Notes: generated from the sequence alone by a model not told the origin. DNA of 12,255 nucleotides from Candidatus Aenigmatarchaeota archaeon (GCA_039091855.1 JAWCLA010000012.1:1-12255); one strand, 5' to 3'; shown: positions 1-8,644, counted from the stretch's first letter. Numbers and translations are program-made.

Positions 1-1038
1 ATTATTTATTGCAACTTTGATGAACCTGAACTTCAGGAAAAAAGAATTGAAGATATTCTAAAAGAATATTCAACACTAACTGATATGGATTACAGAAAAG
101 AAAGGATTTACTTATTTTTGGACGAAGCACAAAAATCTAAAAGCTGGATTGACAGTGTTAAGCTCATTTATGACAACTTCCCAAAAATTAAAATTTTGGT
201 TTCTGGTTCAGCATCACTTAATATCTTATCGGAAGCTAAAAAAAATTTAGCAGGCAGGGCTGTTTATTATGAATTAAGGCCGCTGAGTTTTAGTGAGTTT
301 TTGGATTTGAAAGGAATTATAATTGAAAAGAAAAGATTCCTGCTGTATCAAGACCTGTTGGAAAAGGAATTTGACAAATTCCTTTTAAGGCCATTTCCTG
401 AAATTGTTTTCGAAAAAGACAAATCTTTTATTAAAACATATATAAGGAACTCTGTTATTGAGCCAATTATACTGAAGGATATTCCAAAGGAATTCAAGGA
501 AGTTGATGTGCTTCTGCTGGAAAAAATTGTCAATATATTCCTTACAAATCCTGGACAATACCTACGAATTGACGAATTGGCAAAGGAGCTAGGAAGGGCT
601 AAAACAACCCTTTACAAAGCTATTTTCTATCTAGAGTTTTCGTTTTTGATTAAAAGATTACTGAACTTCAGGATATCAATAAGATCTGCTTCCAGAAAAC
701 TTTCAAGGATTTATGCTTATCATCCCTGTCTGCTTCTGCCTTTTGATGTAAATGAGGAACGATTTGCAGAGAATCTCGTACTTTTTGAACTCGGTGCAAA
801 ATATTACTGGCGTGATAAGGATAAAGAGATTGATTTCTTAAAGGAATTTGTACCAATTGAAGTAAAGTTCAAAACAAAAATTAGCAAGGAAGATACACAC
901 TGTATAGAATTCTTTCTCAAAAAATATGGAAAGTCTCTAAATTTTAACAGGGGATATATTATTACAAAAAATTTAGATGAAAAAAGAGGTAATGTTCAAA
1001 TGATTCCTTTGTGGAAGTTTTGTTTCAAGGGCCTGTAA
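1..1038 (+). CDS. AAA_14 + DUF4143-type ATP-binding protein, 5'-truncated by the window edge
   Basis: Frame 1 is open from base 1 (IIYCNFDEPELQEKRIEDILKEY...), so the true start and Walker A lie upstream of the window. Family motifs present: Walker B YLFLDEAQ, VSGSASL, LAGR, LRPLSFSEFL, an HTH-like LAKELGRAKTTLYKAI, and a C-terminal EIDFL...IPIEVK segment (PD-(D/E)xK-like DUF4143 end). Confidence 0.88.
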   Translation: MIYCNFDEPELQEKRIEDILKEYSTLTDMDYRKERIYLFLDEAQKSKSWIDSVKLIYDNFPKIKILVSGSASLNILSEAKKNLAGRAVYYELRPLSFSEFLDLKGIIIEKKRFLLYQDLLEKEFDKFLLRPFPEIVFEKDKSFIKTYIRNSVIEPIILKDIPKEFKEVDVLLLEKIVNIFLTNPGQYLRIDELAKELGRAKTTLYKAIFYLEFSFLIKRLLNFRISIRSASRKLSRIYAYHPCLLLPFDVNEERFAENLVLFELGAKYYWRDKDKEIDFLKEFVPIEVKFKTKISKEDTHCIEFFLKKYGKSLNFNRGYIITKNLDEKRGNVQMIPLWKFCFKGL

Positions 1039-1052
1039 TTTTGCGGGCCGCG

Positions 1053-1244
1053 TCACTTTTTAGATTTTTTATTGCTCTCGTGCACCCCGTGCCTGTACAT
1101 ATACTTAAGCCCCATGTAAGGCGTGATGTTCTTTTTCAGGTCGGCCTCCATTTTTGCCCTGAGGCGGCGCATAGCAAGCGCTATTCCAAGGAAAAGCAGT
1201 GAAAGGACTGCAAGAAGCATGTCCATTATGGTAACCTCGCTCAT
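1053..1244 (-). CDS. Small single-pass membrane protein (63 aa), last gene of the coiled-coil operon
   Basis: Hydrophobic segment MLLAVLSLLFLGIALAM followed by basic RRLR. ATGA overlap with the stop of the upstream 447-aa gene; GAGG upstream of the ATG. Confidence 0.7.
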   Translation of the reverse strand: MSEVTIMDMLLAVLSLLFLGIALAMRRLRAKMEADLKKNITPYMGLKYMYRHGVHESNKKSKK

Positions 1245-2584
1245 AACACTGCCTCGCTGTTTATTGCTGGAGCAGAAGGTGCAGGCAGGCTTTCGTTTGG
1301 TTTTGCATCCTTTGGAATTTCAGGCGGAAGGGGTTTCTGTATTTTTTGCTTCTGGGTTTTTTTCCTCTCCTCCTTCAGCTCCTTTACCGCATCAGTGAGC
1401 ATCTTCATCGCTTCCATCATAGGTGTCAGCCCATCCTTCAACGCTTTCTCGACCGTTTCCATCCTGCTCCTCGCGTCCGCAACCGATTCGGCATAAACCT
1501 GTATCTTTTCCTCAAGCCTGTCCAAATCAGCAGGTTTTTGCACCTGCATCTTGGAAATGGCATTCTCGAGAGAAGCAATCCTTTCCGCTATAGAACTTAC
1601 GCTGTTGTTCATCTCCTCAACAGAACTCTTGAACTCCTCAACGTTTTCTTCCATTTTTGATGTTTTTTTTGCGGAATGTTTCTCTATAAGGTCGTCAACG
1701 TCAAAATCAATGTCGTCCATTTCGTCTGTCTCTGGGACAAACCTTGGAAAAAACTTTCTCGGTGCAGGAGAGCCGTGCGTGAATGGCGGCTCGGGAAGCC
1801 CTGAAACAGGCTCTATTTCAACTGGTCTTGAGAAAGTGCGCTCTGGCTGTGGAGGTGCAGGCAACTTCCTTTCTGTTTTTGTCTCTGCCTCTCCTGAATA
1901 AGATTTTTCAGGAACTGGCTTTTCGGTGCCAGCCCTTGAAACAAACTCCCTGAGCGTAGATAGCTTTTCATAAACCAGCTCTGCCTTTCTTGTCTCCTCT
2001 TCCATCTTATTTAATGCCTCGCTTATTTGAGAAAGAGATTTCTCGAGCTTTTTCTCGTAACCCCCTGAAAGAGAGTCTATCTGCGACTTTACATCAACCC
2101 TCAGCTTTCTCATCTCGCTGTCCCTTTCCTCAATTTTCTCCGAAAGGTTTTTTGCCATTTCAGAGAGTGATGATATTTTCTTGTCCATCAGCTTGAACAT
2201 TTCCTCATACTTGGAAGTGTTTATTTGGGATGAAAGCTCTGTTCTTGTTTTTTTGATTTCGGCGTCCTTTTCGCTCAGCTTTTCGGAAAGGTTTTTTGCC
2301 ATTTCAGAGAGCGATGAAATCCTCTTGTCCATAAGCCTGAAGCTCTCTTCTGTTTTCTTTCCAATCTTTGCGAGGGTTTCTTCCATCATCTCTATCCTTT
2401 CCTCGAAGTTTGCTATGGATTTCTCCATCTCCGACATTTTTTCAGAGTTAGAGTCAACAAGCTCCTTGAGCTGCTGGGCAAGTTCCCTGTATCTCGACTT
2501 CCAAAGCTCTTCCTTTTCCTTAAGGCTCAAAATCCTGCTCTCTATTTTTTTGTAAATGTTCCTTTCGCCTGCTTTCAATACCAT
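1241..2584 (-). CDS. Coiled-coil protein (447 aa): N-terminal coiled coil, Pro-rich linker, second helical/coiled-coil domain, Pro-rich tail
   Basis: Long ORF with E/K-rich heptads. Linker LPAPPQPE...PEPPFTHGSPAP and tail KPLPPEIPKDAKPNESLPAPSAP. Starts 1 nt after the stop of the 1020-aa gene, with GAGGG upstream. Confidence 0.88.
   Translation of the reverse strand: MVLKAGERNIYKKIESRILSLKEKEELWKSRYRELAQQLKELVDSNSEKMSEMEKSIANFEERIEMMEETLAKIGKKTEESFRLMDKRISSLSEMAKNLSEKLSEKDAEIKKTRTELSSQINTSKYEEMFKLMDKKISSLSEMAKNLSEKIEERDSEMRKLRVDVKSQIDSLSGGYEKKLEKSLSQISEALNKMEEETRKAELVYEKLSTLREFVSRAGTEKPVPEKSYSGEAETKTERKLPAPPQPERTFSRPVEIEPVSGLPEPPFTHGSPAPRKFFPRFVPETDEMDDIDFDVDDLIEKHSAKKTSKMEENVEEFKSSVEEMNNSVSSIAERIASLENAISKMQVQKPADLDRLEEKIQVYAESVADARSRMETVEKALKDGLTPMMEAMKMLTDAVKELKEERKKTQKQKIQKPLPPEIPKDAKPNESLPAPSAPAINSEAVL
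2142..2311. repeat. Intragenic 144-nt (48-aa) tandem duplication in the 447-aa gene
   Basis: GAAAGGTTTTTTGCCATTTCAGAGAG is identical at 2142-2167 and 2286-2311. Protein: FRLMDKRISSLSEMAKNLSEK versus FKLMDKKISSLSEMAKNLSEK. Confidence 0.9.
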
Positions 2585-2585
2585 A

Positions 2586-5500
2586 TCATTCGCCCTCTTT
2601 CAGCATCTCATAGAGTTTTATCTGCTCTTCCTTCCATTCCTTTATGCCGTTCTTGAGCTCTTCCATCTCGTTGACTATTCCTGATATCTCCGCTTTCATT
2701 GATTCGTGTTTAGATAAGATGGAATTTATCTCGCCTGAAATCCTCCTAAGTATCTCATCCCTTGACTCAGAAATTCTTTTTTCAAGCTTCTTGTCCTCAA
2801 TTCCCTCTGTCTCAATCATCTTCACAACTCTTGTAAGGACAGATTCCATTCCCTTTATGTATTCCTGTTGCGCGGAAAGCCTCTTCTCAATCTGACGGAT
2901 TAATCCTTCGTTCTTTGCCTGCTCCTTTGCCATAAGCTCAAGCGCTGACTGGTGCTTCTCAATCCTCGAGGCAATCTCAGAATCATATGACTGCATCTTC
3001 TTCAATGTAAGCCCTGCCTCTGAAATCATTTTCTGAAGTGATTGCCTTGCAGAATCAGCATCTTTAAGCTGTTTGGCAAGAGCTGATGTTATTGCCGGAT
3101 ATTTCTTCATCTCGCTTTCAAGTGACTTTATCCTTTCCAGAACAGCCTTTCTTTCTGAAAGTATTTTCGAGTCAGATGACTGCCTAAAGGTCAGGATTGA
3201 CTGCTCAACCTTCTTTATCCTGTCGGAGATCTCCTCCTCAGATTTCCTGAACCTTTCATCAAGTTGTTTGGACATCTCGTTAAGCTTTGATATGGTTTGT
3301 GTTATAGACCTTACGCTTTCAGAAAGCCTTGCCTTCTCTTCAAGAAGGGCTTTCCTTTCTCTTGATATCTGTTCAGACAGTTCTGCTGCCCTTCTCTCCA
3401 TCTGCTCTGAAAGTGATGCTGTTTTTTGAAGGAAGGCTCTTCTATCCTCCTTTATCTCCCTTTCGAGGATTTTTCTTGCCTCTGATAAACTCCTTTTCTC
3501 GGAAGCCACGTGCGAGTAAACCTGTGAGATTTTGTTTTCAAGCGATTTCTCAACTACTGACATCCTTGAAGAAATCTCTTTATGCGATTCCATAATCTTT
3601 CTTTCAATGTCAGAATCTGCCTTTTCCAAACTTTTTCTCTCCAAAGAAAGCCTGTCTTCAAGCTCCTTAAGCCTGCTGTCAAGTCCTTCCAAAACCTCAC
3701 TGATTTTTGAATCAAAATTCTTGGAAACGGATGAAATCCTGCTTTCAAGGTTTTCGGTTGTTTTTTCGCTGAACGAATTCATTGTTGAGTCAACGAGGTC
3801 GAGGTGTTTTTTCTGGCTCGCCAAAAGCCCTGCCCTGAACTGCTCAAGCCTCGTGTTTGTCTTTTCCTCGAACCCTTTCAGCGCATCGGAAAGCCTTTTC
3901 TCGAAGTCTCTGTCATTGATTTTTATACCCTCAATTTTTTTGGACAGTGTGGAAATTTTTGCATCAATATCCTTTACAAGCCCTGCCTTGAAATCTGAAA
4001 TTTTTGCTTCAAGAAGCTCTGCCTGCCTCTTTTGCCACAGCTCTGAGGAAGACTTTGTTTTTGTCATCTTAAGGTCAATTTCCTTTTCAAAATCCTTCAT
4101 TTTTTCTGCAAGCTTTTCCTCAAACTTCCTGTCCATTGACTTAAGCTCTTCTGTTTTTCTGGAAATAACAGAAATCTTTTCATCAATCATCCTTTCTATA
4201 TCCGATTTTTCAGAAGCAATTCTATCTGCAAGTTCAGATATCCTTGAATCCAAGCTCTCAGACAGAGAATCTATCTTCGATTGCGCCTGCTCTGCAACAG
4301 AGTTTATTTTTTGTTCTATTCGGCTGTCTTGATTCCTTAAAAGAGACTCTGACTTTTTTATGTGACCTTCTATCCTTTTCGTAATTTCTGACTCCCTTGA
4401 AGAAAATGATTTCTTAATTTCGGAAAGCTCTTTTTCAAACCTTGTCCTTTGCAAACTCTGCTCCTCGGAAATCCCTGAAACCCTTTTTTCAAGGCTGTCC
4501 GAAACTGCCTTGACTTTGGATAACAGGATTTCTTCGTGCCTTTTCTGGCTCTCTCGAAGCCCTGATTTCATATTTTCTGTTTTGCTGTCAATCTTTTCCT
4601 CGAACCCTTTCAGCGCATCGGAAAGCCTTTTCTCGAAGTCCTTGTCCTCGAGCTTTAGGGATTCGAGCCTTTTTGAAAGGGAAGCCAGCCTTGAACTCAC
4701 TTCGGAGGAAAGTGAGGAGATTTTTGAGTCGAGAAGTTGGGAGTGCTTTTTGTCTTGGGAATCAATAATGGATTTTAGTTTGACCTCCTTATCTGCCAGC
4801 ATTTTCTCATAGGAATTTCTTATTTGGGAAAGCCTTTTCTCAAGCCTTTCATCCTCAATACCTATGCTGTCAATTTTTCTTGTTATCTTACCGACAGAGG
4901 ATTCAAGCGCTCTTATTGCAGCCTGCTGGCTTGAAAGCTTCTTCTCTATGTTGGCATCAGAAACGCGGGAGTTCTCAAGGCTTTTTTTCAGGGAGGCTGC
5001 TGTTGCCTTCAACTGCTTTACAAAAAGCTCGGTGTCCGCGACCCTCTTTTTTGTCTCCTCGTAGGAGGCTGCAAGAGCCCTCAGCGAGTCCATGGAATCT
5101 TGAAGCACTTCCTCGGAGGATTCTGTTATCTTCAGGGACATCCTGTCTTCAAGGGTCTTCAGCCTTGAATCAAAATGGTTTTTAATTTCGGAGATTGCGG
5201 ATTCTACGTCTCCCTCCTCCTTTGACTCCCTTTCCCTTATCTTGTTTACTTGCTCTCTTAAAACAGAAAGGTTTGCACCTATCCTGCGGAGCGATTTCTC
5301 GTTTTCAGCTATCCTCTTCCTTGCCTCCTCGTCAGCCAACCTTGTCTTTGAAAGCAAGGAAGAGAGTCCTCTTATCTCCTGCTCAAGCTCCGATATCCTT
5401 CGCGCCTCTGCCCTTATCTCGGAGATCTGGTCCTTTATTGGGGTTATCTCCTTGTCAACAAAATCAAGGATTCTCTTTCCAGCCTCCTCGTAAACCATAT

Positions 5501-5648
5501 AAGCCTCGGCAAGCTTCTGGCCAAGAAACCTTGTCCTCTCCAAAAGGAAAGCCCTGTCCTTCTCGAGCTGTTCTATCATCTGCTTCTGGCTCTGAGAATT
5601 TTTTTTCAGCTTCTCTATCCCCGAGCTTAGCTCTTCAATCTCTTTCAT
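2586..5648 (-). CDS. Very long all-helical coiled-coil protein (1020 aa) with internal repeat modules
   Basis: Long ORF rich in S/E/K/L/I with almost no Pro. No Walker A, ABC signature or hinge is visible, so it is not a true SMC/Rad50. Confidence 0.9.
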   Translation of the reverse strand: MKEIEELSSGIEKLKKNSQSQKQMIEQLEKDRAFLLERTRFLGQKLAEAYMVYEEAGKRILDFVDKEITPIKDQISEIRAEARRISELEQEIRGLSSLLSKTRLADEEARKRIAENEKSLRRIGANLSVLREQVNKIRERESKEEGDVESAISEIKNHFDSRLKTLEDRMSLKITESSEEVLQDSMDSLRALAASYEETKKRVADTELFVKQLKATAASLKKSLENSRVSDANIEKKLSSQQAAIRALESSVGKITRKIDSIGIEDERLEKRLSQIRNSYEKMLADKEVKLKSIIDSQDKKHSQLLDSKISSLSSEVSSRLASLSKRLESLKLEDKDFEKRLSDALKGFEEKIDSKTENMKSGLRESQKRHEEILLSKVKAVSDSLEKRVSGISEEQSLQRTRFEKELSEIKKSFSSRESEITKRIEGHIKKSESLLRNQDSRIEQKINSVAEQAQSKIDSLSESLDSRISELADRIASEKSDIERMIDEKISVISRKTEELKSMDRKFEEKLAEKMKDFEKEIDLKMTKTKSSSELWQKRQAELLEAKISDFKAGLVKDIDAKISTLSKKIEGIKINDRDFEKRLSDALKGFEEKTNTRLEQFRAGLLASQKKHLDLVDSTMNSFSEKTTENLESRISSVSKNFDSKISEVLEGLDSRLKELEDRLSLERKSLEKADSDIERKIMESHKEISSRMSVVEKSLENKISQVYSHVASEKRSLSEARKILEREIKEDRRAFLQKTASLSEQMERRAAELSEQISRERKALLEEKARLSESVRSITQTISKLNEMSKQLDERFRKSEEEISDRIKKVEQSILTFRQSSDSKILSERKAVLERIKSLESEMKKYPAITSALAKQLKDADSARQSLQKMISEAGLTLKKMQSYDSEIASRIEKHQSALELMAKEQAKNEGLIRQIEKRLSAQQEYIKGMESVLTRVVKMIETEGIEDKKLEKRISESRDEILRRISGEINSILSKHESMKAEISGIVNEMEELKNGIKEWKEEQIKLYEMLKEGE
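3860..4640. repeat. Exact 49-nt direct repeat inside the 1020-aa gene (3860-3908 and 4592-4640)
   Basis: TCTTTTCCTCGAACCCTTTCAGCGCATCGGAAAGCCTTTTCTCGAAGTC occurs twice, 732 nt (244 codons) apart. It encodes DFEKRLSDALKGFEEK. Confidence 0.93.
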
Positions 5649-5668
5649 AACCGCTTAAAGGAGAGTAA

Positions 5669-7516
5669 CTATTCTGCCTTCAGCTCCCTCAGGAGCCCGC
5701 TTATCCTCATCCTTTCCCTTTTTATTTTCTCCTCGACGCTCTTCCTTTCAAGAGAGACCTGCCTTATTTCGGATTCAAGCCTTGCCCTGTCAGATGCAAG
5801 CTGGCTTTCAAGCTTTGACTGCCTTTCCTTAAGGCTGGAAATCTCGGAATCCATCTTCCTTACTTGTGCAGAAAGCCCTTCCTTTTCTGCAAGCTTCTTC
5901 TGAATGGCTTTCAGGGAGGCATCTGCCTGAGAAATCCTTTCCCTGAGTGATTTTATCTCAGCAATGCTTCTCTGCAGGCTTGCAACATTTTCTGAAACAT
6001 CATCAAACCTGCTTTCGGCATCCCTAAGATTTTGTTCAAGCAACACTATTCTCTCCCTGTCAGCAGCCATTCTCTGCTCTATTGACTTTATAGATGACGA
6101 TAAAATCTCCGCCCTCTTTGAGAAAACATCCCTGACATCAATAACCTTGTTGATTGTTGCTGCCTGGTCGCTCATCTTCTTGGAAAGTTCTGCCATAAAA
6201 GAGTCTGTTGACTTCTGCTTCTCCCTGAGGCTTGCTATCTGGTCAGAATTCCTCTCAGATGATTTCTTCAGTCCCTGAATGTCATAATAGAACTTTCTCT
6301 CCAGGTTCTTTGACTTTTCATCAATCCACCTTCTCAAGTTTTCAGGAGCCTCCATCTCCTCTACTGTCTCAAGAATCTCCCTGTCCTTTTCGGACAAAGT
6401 CCTTAACTTCTCGTCCACAATCATATTATGTTTCTCGAGCTCCTGAAACCTCGGCTCGAAAAGCTCGACAACTATGTCCTTCACATTTGACTCCAGAACC
6501 TTTGGTGTTGTGTACTGCTGCATCTTGACAAGCTGCTCGTGATATTTCTCCATCATCTTTTCCATTCTCTTTCTTATGTTCATCTTGAGTATCTCAAGTC
6601 CCTGAAGGAATCTTGCCTCCTCTTCTGCAAACTTCTTGTATGCCTTTTCCTTTTCAGCCCTGAGCTCGTTTATTGTCTCCCTGAACTTCTTCAGTTCCTT
6701 TACCTCGTCTTCAAGCGAGCCTGCCCTTTTCTCAAGCTCACTTATCATATCCCTGCTTGACTTCAGGCTGTTCACTATCGGTTCTATCCTCTTTTTAATC
6801 TTCCTGTTAACCGTTTCGGGTATCGCTTCCTCCATAAGCTCGTCAGCGGAAAATATAATCTTCTTGAGCTTCTGTATGTTCTCTGCGCCGAGCTTGTCGT
6901 TTATCTCCCTGTACTGGGTTTCGAGCTCCTTCAGCTTCTCAAGCTCCTTTACCTTGTCTTCCAGGGAGGAAAGCCTGTACTCAACCTTCTTGCTCATTGT
7001 TGCAATAGTCTGGTTTAACGTGTCTATTGACCTTTTCACTTCTGTGAGTTCGGTTTGGAAATCAATTTGCTCCCCAAAGGCAGCAAGTCCTTGTGACACA
7101 ACTCCCGGCTGCTTTGGCTGATAAAGAGGGCTGCTCAATCTCTCGTTAAGCTGCATCACCTTTTCACCTATGTCCTTTATCTTGTCAAGCTCCTTCAGCC
7201 TTTCTGATATTTCTGCAATCTTTGGGTCAATCTTTTCCTTCATTGCGGCAGCAACCTGCTTCTTAACCTCATCCTTGTCCTTGCCGGAGGCGGCTATGCT
7301 TTCCTCGAGCTTTTTTATCTTGGCGTCAAACCTCTCACCAATCTCTTTCAGAACTGATTCTATGTTTCCTGTGTCAGGCTTGTTGTCAGAAAGTGTTTCT
7401 ATTATTTCAGCAAGGCTTTTGCTCTTCTCAGTCAGCTCGGCCTTTTCCTTTTCCAGCTGCTCAAGCTTCTTCTTTGCTTCCTGAAGTTCCTTTTCTATGA
7501 GCTGCCCCTCTGCCAT
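5669..7516 (-). CDS. Long coiled-coil protein (~615 aa)
   Basis: E/K-rich heptad ORF. The ATG at 7516 is preferred over the GTG at 7525 because it sits 1 nt after the upstream TAA, the same spacing as the 1020/447-aa junction. Confidence 0.88.
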   Translation of the reverse strand: MAEGQLIEKELQEAKKKLEQLEKEKAELTEKSKSLAEIIETLSDNKPDTGNIESVLKEIGERFDAKIKKLEESIAASGKDKDEVKKQVAAAMKEKIDPKIAEISERLKELDKIKDIGEKVMQLNERLSSPLYQPKQPGVVSQGLAAFGEQIDFQTELTEVKRSIDTLNQTIATMSKKVEYRLSSLEDKVKELEKLKELETQYREINDKLGAENIQKLKKIIFSADELMEEAIPETVNRKIKKRIEPIVNSLKSSRDMISELEKRAGSLEDEVKELKKFRETINELRAEKEKAYKKFAEEEARFLQGLEILKMNIRKRMEKMMEKYHEQLVKMQQYTTPKVLESNVKDIVVELFEPRFQELEKHNMIVDEKLRTLSEKDREILETVEEMEAPENLRRWIDEKSKNLERKFYYDIQGLKKSSERNSDQIASLREKQKSTDSFMAELSKKMSDQAATINKVIDVRDVFSKRAEILSSSIKSIEQRMAADRERIVLLEQNLRDAESRFDDVSENVASLQRSIAEIKSLRERISQADASLKAIQKKLAEKEGLSAQVRKMDSEISSLKERQSKLESQLASDRARLESEIRQVSLERKSVEEKIKRERMRISGLLRELKAE

Positions 7517-7517
7517 C

Positions 7518-7799
7518 TTACTCACTCAATCCCTTTATCAACTTCTCTATAACAGCCTCCTGCCTTTCAATCCTTGCCTGAATCTCTCTCATTTTGAGCC
7601 CTATATCATCTATTTTTGTTTTAAGTTCTGAATTTATTGTATATTTGTCCAACTCTTTGGAAAAATCTGACATTCCAAGCCCTGGCAAAAAGCGATAGTA
7701 GTGAAGCCTTTCCTGATAGACCTTGTTTATTTTGTAAAACTCATACGTCAAGAAGCAAACAGAACCTACCAGGGCCACGAACAAGGCAAGTTCAAACAT
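7518..7799 (-). CDS. Small membrane-anchored coiled-coil protein (93 aa), first gene of the operon
   Basis: N-terminal hydrophobic helix MFELALFVALVGSVCFLTYEFY and C-terminal coiled coil KTKIDDIGLKMREIQARIERQEAVIEKLIKGL. Confidence 0.8.
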   Translation of the reverse strand: MFELALFVALVGSVCFLTYEFYKINKVYQERLHYYRFLPGLGMSDFSKELDKYTINSELKTKIDDIGLKMREIQARIERQEAVIEKLIKGLSE

Positions 7800-7993
7800 A
7801 TAAAAATATTGGAATCAGGGTTTATTAATGAAATTGTATAAATATAATAGTATAAATATATTAAAAAAATGGCAAAAAAAAATTTGCCATAAAATAGTGT
7901 GTCAGAACAAAATCGAGGGTGGTCGCTGCCATAACTTGCCTTTCGTCAAAAATCTATATTAGGAATGTACAATAATTTGAGGGATTGGTACTC
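7800..7993. promoter_or_regulatory. AT-rich divergent promoter region
   Basis: Lies between divergently transcribed genes. GTATAAATATA direct repeat at 7836-7846 and 7850-7860 (TATA-like). TTAATAAA on the minus strand at 7828-7821, about 22-29 nt upstream of the 7799 ATG, fits a leaderless archaeal promoter. Confidence 0.55.
7869..7890. promoter_or_regulatory. Perfect inverted repeat ATGGCAAA-N6-TTTGCCAT, candidate operator
   Basis: 8-bp arms at 7869-7876 and 7883-7890 with an A6 spacer, inside the divergent intergenic region. Confidence 0.45.
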
Positions 7994-8644
7994 ATGCCGA
8001 AACTTACTGACTATAAGAATTTCTGGCTTATCTGGCTTAGCGCTGCTGGAAGGCCTCAAGGCATATCGCTTTTCACCATACAGAATGAGTGGGGGATAAA
8101 GACGAACTACCTGTATCACGAGGAGGCAGGGTTGGGCAAGCCATTGTACGTGACTATGATAAGGGATGGGTATCTAATTAAGGAAGGAAGAAAGATAAAA
8201 GTAAAGTTTGACTGGATTACAGATTTCATTAAAGAAAGGTATCAGCCTTCAGGATTTGTTGACTATTGGATTCCTTACAGGATTATAGGCAGCAAGTGGC
8301 CTGATGTTCAGTCATTTATCGAAAAGCATTCATCTGTGCTCTTCGACCCGAAGAACCTCAGGATACTTTACAGGAATAACAAGGATATACTTGGTGATTG
8401 CGGCCAGCACATTTTCACTGACATATTTATATACGTTCTGTTCAGCAACCTGATAGTTTTCTGCAAGAAGTACAAGGCGGAAATCGTTTTGAGAATCCTT
8501 CTTACAGCCTTCTCGATGTTCACTGAGAGGGATATTATGAACTACATGAGGCAAATTCACAGCCAGATAGGAAAGGAAGTTCCCTTGATAATAAAGGATG
8601 AGGCAGAAATGAATGCTCTTATGAGTCCGTTTAACTGGGGCTAA
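7994..8644 (+). CDS. Hypothetical protein (~216 aa), possible N-terminal winged-helix-like domain
   Basis: Clean ORF. The ATG at 7994 has GAGGG ~10 nt upstream (the ORF track starts at TTG 7985). SLFTIQNEWGIKTNYLYH...LYVTMIRDGYLIKEGRKIKV has a helix-helix-wing-like pattern; the fold assignment is inference. Confidence 0.78.
   Translation: MPKLTDYKNFWLIWLSAAGRPQGISLFTIQNEWGIKTNYLYHEEAGLGKPLYVTMIRDGYLIKEGRKIKVKFDWITDFIKERYQPSGFVDYWIPYRIIGSKWPDVQSFIEKHSSVLFDPKNLRILYRNNKDILGDCGQHIFTDIFIYVLFSNLIVFCKKYKAEIVLRILLTAFSMFTERDIMNYMRQIHSQIGKEVPLIIKDEAEMNALMSPFNWG

Noticed and set aside
1123-7484. Numerous plus-strand Ser/Phe/Leu-rich ORFs (e.g. 3532-4332, 6636-7121)
   Set aside because: They are antisense shadows of Glu/Lys-rich coiled-coil codons.
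2586-7516. SMC/Rad50 or methyl-accepting chemotaxis protein annotation for the coiled-coil genes
   Set aside because: No Walker A/B, signature motif, hinge, CxxC hook or MCP hairpin-tip motif is present. Any such hits would reflect coiled-coil composition.
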